Origin: the human T2T-CHM13v2.0 reference genome, Homo sapiens
NCBI RefSeq assembly: GCF_009914755.1
Contig: NC_060925.1
Length of the DNA stretch: 64,000 bases
Reading direction: 5' to 3' (one strand)
This document shows positions 55,472-64,000 of this stretch, one piece after another (position 1 is the stretch's first letter; every line of letters begins with the position of its first letter). A program made the position numbers and the translations under genes. The notes below the pieces were generated by a model. It had not been told where the DNA came from and searched no databases. It saw nothing but the letters and a program-made list of their open reading frames with translations.

Positions 55472-55700
55472 CATAAGTGGGAGCTAAGCTATGAGGATGC
55501 AAAGTCATAAGAATGATACAATGGACACTGGGGATTCGGGGGAAAGGGTGGGAAGGGGGTGAGCAATACAAGTCTACAAACTGGGTTCAGTGTATACTGC
55601 TTGAAGATGGGTGCGCCAGAATCTCACAAATCACCGCTAAAGAACTTACTCGTGTAACCAAATGCCACCTATTTGCCAAAAACCTATGGAAATAAAAAGA
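55472..55700 (+). mobile_element. 5'-truncated L1PB-like 3' end inserted in a MIR
   Basis: ATAAGTGGGAGCTAAGCTATGAGGATGCAAAG..AAACCTATGGAAATAAAAA; perfect 15-bp TSD AAGAGAGTGTATGAG. Confidence 0.93.
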
Positions 55701-55887
55701 AAGAGAGTGTATGAGGGCCATTTATAAATGCTGACTAGTAAAGCCCCTTGCCCCTGATCTTGCATTTGCCCCCAGGCCCTCTGACCACCTTACTGGCCTC
55801 TGGTCATTAACCACCTTCTCCTCCTTCTCTCTTGGGCTTGGCCCAGCCCCCATGCATGTCCTGGATCCTGCTCCCTCCATCAGTTGA

Positions 55888-56304
<417 letters not shown>

Positions 56305-56359
56305 TAGCTTTCCCTCAGGGTCAAATTTCTAGAAGAAATAGTCTAGAGGTAGTTAATCA

Positions 56360-56590
56360 CATTCTGGCTTAACTTGCAGCTGTGTGTCTTGGGCAAGCTC
56401 CTTCATTTCTCTGTGTCTCAGTTCCCTCATCTGTAAAGTGGGCTTACTATCCTTTACCTTACCAGCATGTTAGGAAGATTAACTAGATCATCCATGCTAA
56501 GCACATAGTGCAGTCTGGTACACGGTAGGGGCTAATTAAATAATTAGAGCTAACTGAATCATTAGTTGCTACTATTATTGTTGTTGTTAT
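56360..56590 (+). mobile_element. MIR
   Basis: CTTGGGCAAG..TCTCTGTGTCTCAGTTCCCTCATCTGTAAAGTGGG. Confidence 0.85.
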
Positions 56591-56671
56591 ATCCTTACCT
56601 TCCATGTTATCCTCAATCAGCTACAGCTTGGCTTTCTCCTGCCACACCCATCACCTGACCAAAAACCCTCT

Positions 56672-56834
56672 CTGGTTGAATCACCAATGACTTTCCAGTG
56701 GCCATTCCCCATCTCCCTTCCCGGGTATCCTCCCAGTTTCTCTGCAATATTTGACACTGGTTTGAATCACCAATGACTTCCCAGTGGCCACTAACTTCCC
56801 AGGCACCCTCCCAGCTTCTCTGAAATATTTGATA
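56672..56834. repeat. ~85-bp tandem duplication (2 copies)
   Basis: TTGAATCACCAATGACTT.CCAGTGGCCA...CCTCCCAG.TTCTCTG.AATATTTGA occurs twice. Confidence 0.9.
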
Positions 56835-57619
56835 TGGTAGGGAATGATCAGGACAAGGTTGAAGACCCACAGAAGTCCTGCGGGGAATGTCAATCTGTGG
56901 CCAGTGGGAAGCTCATGGGCCAGCCTCACACGAATGAAGAAGTTGATACGGGGCTTGGGACATTGTTGGTGCTCAGTGTTTGCTCATGAGTAGATGGGCC
57001 CTCCCAGGAAGAGCTCTGAAAGTCAAGGAACCAGGCTCCCATGAGTGCCAACGTGTTTGGAAGTTGGTTCTGGGTTGAAACTCGGCCATTCAGAAGATGT
57101 TCATAAGGAATTTGGACTGGCACCCCCTCGAGGGCCAGGACCACGTTTCCTTTGATGAGTGCAGAGTAGTATCCACAATTGTCTGTTGAGTATTAACAGA
57201 GGGACAGGGCTGAATGTTCACATGGAACCAGCTCCGGCCCGTCTGTGTAGTTATGAGGAGGAGCAGGGGTTAATGCTCCCATGGAGTGAGCACACAACTC
57301 CGTCTCTGCACTTCCAGGGAGGAATCTTTTTCCTTTTTAGCTCAGGCAGCCCAGCGCCTGCATTGCACAGAGTTGCCTGGTTTGATCTCTTATTTATTAC
57401 AGAGAATATTCTCTGTTATGGTGAGTGTAGCGGGAGGGAGTTCCAGCGGCCTCAGTTTTTCCTGCTGACTTTGCAGCCAGCCTTTTGGGGACCTCTAGCA
57501 CCTCTAGTGGCCACCCTGGTACTGCATTCAGTCTCCCACTCATCAAACGTATTGAGCACCCATCACGTGCCAGATCCCAAGCCAGGTATAGGAGAGGCCA
57601 GAAGAACAAACATGAAAAC

Positions 57620-58116
57620 TGCCAAATAGACTGAATAATGGCCCCCAAAGATATCCATGTTCAAATCCCTGGAACCTGTGAACATTACTCTATATGGTAA
57701 AATGGAATTTGCAGGTGTGATTAAGGATCTTGAGATGGGGAAATCATTCTGTATTATCCACACGGGCCCAGTGGTATCACAAGGCTCCTTAAAAGGCAGA
57801 GGCAGAAGGAGGTTGGGCACAGAAGAGGAGATGATGATGGGAGCAGAGACTGAAGCGATGTCCTTGCTCTGTGAAGATGGAGGGAGAAGCCACAAACCAA
57901 GGAAAACAGGAAGCCACTAGAAGCTGAGACAGGCGAGGAAACAGACTCACCCCTAGAGCCTCCAGAAGGACCCAACTCTGCCAACACCTTGACTTTAGCC
58001 CGGTGAGATTGATTTCAGACTTCTGACCCCCCAGAACTGCAAGAGAATACATTGGTGGTGTTTTAAACCATTAAGTTTGTGGCAACTTGTTACAGTAGCC
58101 ATAGCAAACTAATATA
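57620..58116 (+). mobile_element. MLT1C/D-like MaLR LTR
   Basis: AATAATGGCCCCCAAAGATATCCA, TTAAGGATCTTGAGATGGG, CCCTAGAGCCTCCAGAAGGA, TTGTTACAGTAGCCATAGCAAACTAATA. Confidence 0.9.
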
Positions 58117-58552
58117 ACTGTCTTAAGGTACTCAACAACTAGGGGAGAAAATGGACCTTTGCACAGGGATTGGTGTTGTAATAGGTACAGTGGGAGGGGG
58201 AGGGGCATAACAGAGGATGTGATCCACCCTGCAGGGTTGGGGAGGTGCTGTCAAGGCTTCCCTGAGGAGGAGCTGCTTGCTGAGCTATATTGCAAAGAAT
58301 GTGTAAGGATTCCCCAGATGGGTAGTGGTGGAAAGGGAAGGAGGAGAGGGCTTTAGGAACAAAGAACAGCAGGTGCAAAGGCCAACCTGGAGTGTGGAAT
58401 AACAAGGCATATTTGGGGAGCTGTGGGAAGTTAGGGAGTGGACCGAAGTTCAGAGAAATAAGAGATGAGGCTGGAAAAGTGGCCACGGTAGCTCATGGAG
58501 GGTCTTCAGGTCAGGAAGTTGAGACTTGACCCTGAGGGCAATGGGAGGCTAT

Positions 58553-58976
58553 TGTCGTGAATCACATGAATGGCTCCAATTCTTCAGCCCTTCCTGTACC
58601 CAGGCTGTTGCTAGGTGTCTTTGTACATTCTCCCATCAAGGTGAGATGTATATTTTTCTGCCTTGTGATACTAGTTCAGCATGTGTCTAGCTTTGGACAA
58701 TAGAGTGACGTGGATTGACCAAGTGACAATTCTGAGCCTAGGTCTCAAGGGACCTTGCATGTTTCTGCTGGTTCCAGGAGGGATTGTGCCCCAGTGAAGC
58801 CCAGACTAGAGACAAGCCCCCAGCTCACCTGCAGACCACTAATGACTCCAGTCAAGGTCAACTGATGCAGCTGACCCACAAATGCATGAGCTATTGTATA
58901 AAAACAAATGACAGCTCTTCAAAGCCACTGAGTTTTGGAGTGGTTTGTTATGCAGCAACAGCAGCTGATTGACCCA
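58553..58976 (+). mobile_element. MLT1H-like MaLR LTR
   Basis: TTCTGAGCCTAGGTCTCAAG..CCTTGCATGTTTCTGCT, AAGCCACTGAGTTTTGGAGTGGTTTGTTATGCAGCA. Confidence 0.82.
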
Positions 58977-59916
58977 TCAATGAGGGTTCATAGAAGAGTG
59001 AAGAGTGTGACATGGCCAGATCTGCACTTTAGGAAAACCTCCTTGGCGTTGAGTTGCTGGAGGATGGATTGCAGGAGGTGAGTCTGCAGGCAGAAATCCA
59101 GGTGAGAGGTGGTGAGGGCCTTCCCTAAGGCAGGAGCAGGGGAAGGAGGAGACAGATACGAGCAGTGTTAAGGAGGCAGACCATACAACAAACCTAAATT
59201 ACACATTAGAGTGGTCAAAGGAGGGAGGAGATTTGGAAGATGCCAAGATTTCTGGCATTGGAAATTGCATCAGAATAAGGTACACATGTGGATAAAGTGA
59301 TAAGGTAATGACAAGCTTTTTGTGTTGGTTTCCAGTGCTATTGCCAGGACAAAGTTACAATTACAAGTCTGGGGCTTGAAGACACAGACTAGGGAACCAT
59401 CAGAGAATTAGTGACAGTGAACTAGTGATGAGTTAGTAAAAGTAGATGAAGTGTTTACAATAAGCAGAAAAGAGGGTGAGTTTTGGGTCCTGGGAACCCC
59501 CACCATTTATGGAGCAACTGGAGAAAGAAGAGTCCAGGAAGGTAATAGAGAAACAGTCAGAGAGGAGACAGGAGAACCAGGGAGGAGCTAGATTGCAGAA
59601 ACCCCAGGGAGGAAATGAATGGTCAGCAGGGTTGTGGGCACAGTGCCAGGGAGGATGAAGACCCAGGAGGCTGAGGGGTAAGCCCAGGATGTGGTCATGG
59701 GTCACTTTGCTGAGAGAGGTTTTGGAGGCTGGAGGCTGGCTGGTGGGAGATTGCGAGGGGCAGGGAGTGGAGAGTGACAGTTAAGGAACACCCTGATGTG
59801 AGGGGGGCAGGTGAAGCGTGGGCTTGGGACAGTGCTTTTTCTCATGATGGAGGGACCTGAGCATGGCTTGTTGTCAAGGGTTCTGAGCAAGTGAAAGAAA
59901 TGGTCTGATTTAGAAA

Positions 59917-60228
<312 letters not shown>

Positions 60229-62065
60229 CTGATTTAGATTTTTTAAAAGATCATTCGGGATGTTGTGTGGCTACTATATCCTAGGGTAGTAAGTTGTGGG
60301 AAACAGGGAGACCAGTGAGGAGACTAACTTGACAGTGCAGGAGACAGATGACGGTGGCTCTGACCAGGGTGCTAGTTGTGGAAGTACACAGCCGGAAGAA
60401 GCGGCCAATTTGGGATTTTGTTTTGTTTTGTTTTCTACGTTAGGACCAGAAGAAATTGGCTATGGATTGGATTGTGTGCACATGCATGTGTGTGTGTGTG
60501 CATGTGTGGCATGTGTGTGTGAGTTGTGTGCACACGCATGCACATGCACGATGAGAGGAATGTAGGATGACTTCCAGGTTTTCACCTGAGTAACTGGGAA
60601 GAAAGGCTGAGGGAAGAGCAGAAACAGGTTTTGCTGAGGGGGAAGTTTGTGGACTCATTTTTGTCTTAGAGACTGTGAGTTTAAAATGCTTTAGAAACGC
60701 AAACGTAGATATTAAGGAAGCTGTTGAAAGTGCACATCTGGTGTTCAGAGGAGACGTTTGGGCTGGAGATACAAATTCGGAGTCATCAACGTACTCGAAC
60801 ATTTAAATCTGCATGGCTGGGTGAGAATTTCCTGAGAGAATGGAGTTTCTTTTGCTCAGTGTCATGTTCTCTGCTAGCCTCTAAGTGTTGTGAAAGCAAG
60901 GCCCTTGTCTGCCCCCTCGTGCATGGCTGCTTGCCCGTGCCTAGAACAATGCCTGGCATAGTAACTGCTCCACACATGCTCATTTGAGGAATGAGAGCAA
61001 TGAGTGTCATAGGATGCGGGAAGTTCAAGCTGCTGAGAGATCTGAGTATATCAGCCTGTGAGCGGGAAGCTGCCTTGTTACAACTCAGGAGGGAATGATC
61101 AGGAATCATTTCTGTTTCCCACTTGCCACACCTTTGCTCCTGCCATTTCCTCTGTCTGGAATTCCCTGTGACCCCCTGCATCCCAGACCCACAAGGATAA
61201 ATCCTGCTGACCCTACCCACTGAGTCATTACGAATGCCCTGAGCTCTGCCATCCAAATCCCTCTTACTTGTCTGGTCCACAGGAGTTTGGGAGAATTCTC
61301 CAAACCCCTGGAGTTTCACTAGGTTGGCGGTCACTCGATAGAACAGGAAATGAGGTGGGTCTGGCAGGCCTCCTTCCAAGACTTGCCTTCCCTGTGCACA
61401 CAAACTGACGTCCTAGGCTCTTGCTGGGATGAAGACCAAGTTAGGAAAATGCTCCTTTTCTACGTTTCCCAAAATGAAGACATTTTGCTTGTTTGGAGTT
61501 TTCTTGCCCTCTTCTGTCCTCTAGGATTTCTTGGCTTTCTTATCCTCTCAGACAGGAGTCTTTCTGGGGTTTGGAGATATGTCTTAAGCACCTGCCTGTT
61601 ACATTTCATTCCCCTTGAAGCTTTGGGGGTTCCTGTGGTCTGTGTAGCTCTCTGCTTGGCCAGCGCTCCCCTGCCGTCTGTGCAGACACCCTTTACATCT
61701 GGGCTTACCAGGGAGCTGCTTCCTGAGACCCCTTCAGATCTGCCTGTCCTTCCCTATTGGGACTACTCCAGGTCCTGGTTGACTGTGACATTTCTGTTCA
61801 CCGCTCTGGAGCTGTCTTCCCCTTTGAAGATCCAGACAGGGGCTTGCATCTTTCTATCAGGAAGATTCTTTAAAATCTGCCCTTTTCTAGACGAGGTGCA
61901 TCTGTCAGACTAAGTTCTGCTTTTCTCCTCTCTGGCCCCACAGGGGCCAGCATGGCTAAGTCCCTTTGTTCCACTCACTTTTGTTTCCCCAGGGGTGAGT
62001 TATTGGCCAAAGTCTCTCCAGAAAAACAGTTTTTCTTGTCGATTCTTTAACTGATCTGAGCCTGG

Positions 62066-62490
62066 CTTCTTCATTTCATTGCACAATGGAAATGGTAGCA
62101 CCTGCCTGCTAGGGTTGTTGCCAGGATTAAATGAGATGATATATTTGAATCTTCTTCGCTTCCACATACAATGGAAATGATAACACCTGCTTGCTAGGGT
62201 TGTTGCGGGGATTAAATGAGATGATATATTTGAAACTTCTTCGCTTCCACATACAATGGAAGTGATAGCACCTGCCTGCTAGGGTTGTTGTGAGGATTAA
62301 ATGAGATGATGTATTTGAATCTTCTTTGCTTCCGTATACAATGGAAATGATAGCACCTGCCTGCTAGGGTTGTTGTGAGGATTAAATGAGATGATATATT
62401 TGAATCTTCTTCGCTTCCATATACAGTGGAAATGATAGCACCTGCCTGCTAGAGTTGTTGCAAGGATTAAATGAGATGATATATTTGAAT
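62066..62490. repeat. Minisatellite, 5 x 85 bp, derived from a MIR core
   Basis: ACAATGGAAATGATAGCACCTGCCTGCTAGGGTTGTTG..GGATTAAATGAGATGATATATTTGAA recurs at 62083, 62168, 62253, 62338 and 62423. Confidence 0.97.
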
Positions 62491-62709
62491 GCTCCTAGCA
62501 CCGTTCCTGACCTTGAGCTGGCACTGAATAAAGCCCATCACTCTTCGCCTTCCGCTGCCTCCCTTTGATTCCTGGCATTTCCTTTCCTCTCTTCCTCTTC
62601 CTGTGAGTTATGAAACTGACAGGAGTCAACTACATCTTGCCCAAGCTGCTGGGTGGAGGATGGAGGGTGATGCCCTTCTCTCCCATGGCAGCTCCGGCTG
62701 GCTCTTCTA

Positions 62710-62813
62710 CAGGGGAACCAGCCATCTGGGTTTGCCTAGAACTGAGGGGCTTCCTGAATCATGGGATTTTCCTCAGAAAAGTCCCAGGCAAACCAGGAGG
62801 CATTGTCACCCTA
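62710..62813. mobile_element. MER81-like hAT MITE
   Basis: GGTTTGCCTAGAACTGAGGGG..AAAGTCCCAGGCAAACCAGGA..GTCACCCTA. Confidence 0.8.
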
Positions 62814-63870
62814 CTTACTGGCCCTCTCCCTCATCATTTTAGAGGCCAGGAGCAGGCTCCATGTGTACTATTTCTGACCTCACCTTGCATGGGGCATGTA
62901 GGTGGTGCCTTCCAAATCTGATGGTTCTAGCCTTGGCAAGGGACAGCAGTTCTTGGCTCTGCCAGCAAGCTTAGTGTTCCTATCCTACCCCCTACTCAGT
63001 CAGAGGCCTCCCGTCTTCACTTCTTTGGGAGTGGTTCAGAGCTGCAGGCAAGTGGCTCTGAAACTATCAAAGGCACCGGTGTTGACTCCTTCACACCATT
63101 GGTTACTGACACTCCCAATCATTTTCCAGCAGTCGCTGACACCACGGTGCCATGTGCAAGTCAGTTCCTATGCATAGCCCCAGGAACTCATCTTCAGTCT
63201 GGGTCTGCTGTGATAGAATCAATACTCTTCCAGTGTTCTCCCTGCCAGCTCCTGGCTGGTCCTGGAAAGCAGGTCTCTGAGAGGCAGCTGTCATTTCTGC
63301 TGCACCAGCATGAGGCTGGGCCTCTTGGGCCGGGCATGGGGCTCAGGCTGCTGCCCTGGACCATTCATATCAGGAAGCCAGGCCCCTAGCCCACTGGTCT
63401 GGCCTGTACCTGCTGGTGGTACAGCTCCTGGGGAAAGAGTCTATGTGAACAGGTACCTGGGCTCCCCTGGGCATGAATGACCTGTGGGTTTTGAGTCCTT
63501 TGATGCAGAAAGACTTGGTGTTTATTCCCAAGTCTGCCATATACTCACTGTGCAACCTCAGGGACATTCGCCATCCTCTCTGATCTTGCTCCCTTATTTA
63601 TGAAGTGGTCATACCTTGAAAACAAGACCAAAGGAAGAGCACCCAGCACAGTGCGAATGTGGTGCCAGGCAAGAATCTGGTAAGCGCTGCTCCTTTCTTT
63701 CCCTATTTCCTTTCCTGTGGGACTTTGGTTGTTTGTCTGTTTCTTATCTCACTGGTATTACCATATCTGCCAGCATCAAGTGTAGTTGGGATAATAATAA
63801 GCAAAGACAGTCATAATTTGAGTTTTTTTTCCAAGGCCTGGAACAAGTTAACCCAATTTGACATGGCCTT

Positions 63871-63871
<1 letters not shown>

Positions 63872-63912
<41 letters not shown>

Positions 63913-63950
63913 GTGTATCTATCTATCTATGCATCTATCTATCATCTATC
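63872..63950. repeat. (TATC)10 plus degenerate tetranucleotide STR
   Basis: Perfect TATC x10 (63872-63911) then variant units. Confidence 0.95.
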
Positions 63951-64000
63951 TTAGAGATGAAGTCTTGCCATGCTGCCCAGGCTAGATTTGAACTCCTGGG
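63951..64000 (-). mobile_element. Alu left monomer/FLAM fragment, truncated by window edge
   Basis: TAGAGATGAAGTCTTGCCATGCTGCCCAGGCT..TTGAACTCCTGGG. Confidence 0.85.

Noticed and set aside
57496-57513. CTCF-like TGGCCACTAGAGGTGCTA on the - strand
   Set aside because: One base short in the G-run, which breaks the GGC core.
60786-61913. Longest ORFs (205 aa on -, 187 aa on +, the latter hydrophobic)
   Set aside because: No recognisable domain; the 205-aa frame overlaps L2 sequence and starts at a non-ATG codon. PhyloCSF or ribosome profiling would be needed to revive them.
62066-62490. CRISPR-like periodic array
   Set aside because: The whole 85-bp unit repeats with no unique spacers, it is MIR-derived, there are no cas genes and the DNA is human.

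Overview
Human (primate) non-coding genomic DNA. An Alu carrying the AluYb-lineage 7-nt duplication points to Homo sapiens. I find no credible protein-coding gene, tRNA/rRNA, CpG island or CRISPR array; the supplied ORFs come from Alus, other transposons or (CA/TG)n repeats, or are unrecognisable. The window is rich in interspersed repeats: 19 Alu pieces, many MIR and L2 fragments, MaLR/ERVL LTRs (MLT1, LTR16/33, MER21), old L1 3' ends and hAT MITEs (MER1A, MER5A, MER53, MER63, MER81). Several are nested with readable target-site duplications (TSDs). Between them lie short AT-rich, homeodomain/POU/SOX-motif-dense islands that look like developmental enhancers, suggesting a regulatory gene desert or large intron. 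The most unusual signals are local template-copying scars: (1) a ~100-bp duplication at 44 kb whose spacer is stitched from two donors ~1.5 kb away on opposite strands through a 7-nt microhomology; (2) a ~130-bp inverted copy of an L1/MIR junction fused to a tailless Alu monomer at 26.5 kb; (3) a 10-mer scrambled in both orientations at 22.6 kb. Also notable are a 5 x 85-bp minisatellite born inside a MIR, a young AluYb with a microsatellite growing out of its TSD, and candidate REST and CTCF sites. I see no evidence of a new gene system. Repeat subfamily names come from my recall of consensus sequences and need RepeatMasker/Dfam confirmation; boundaries of old repeats are approximate.
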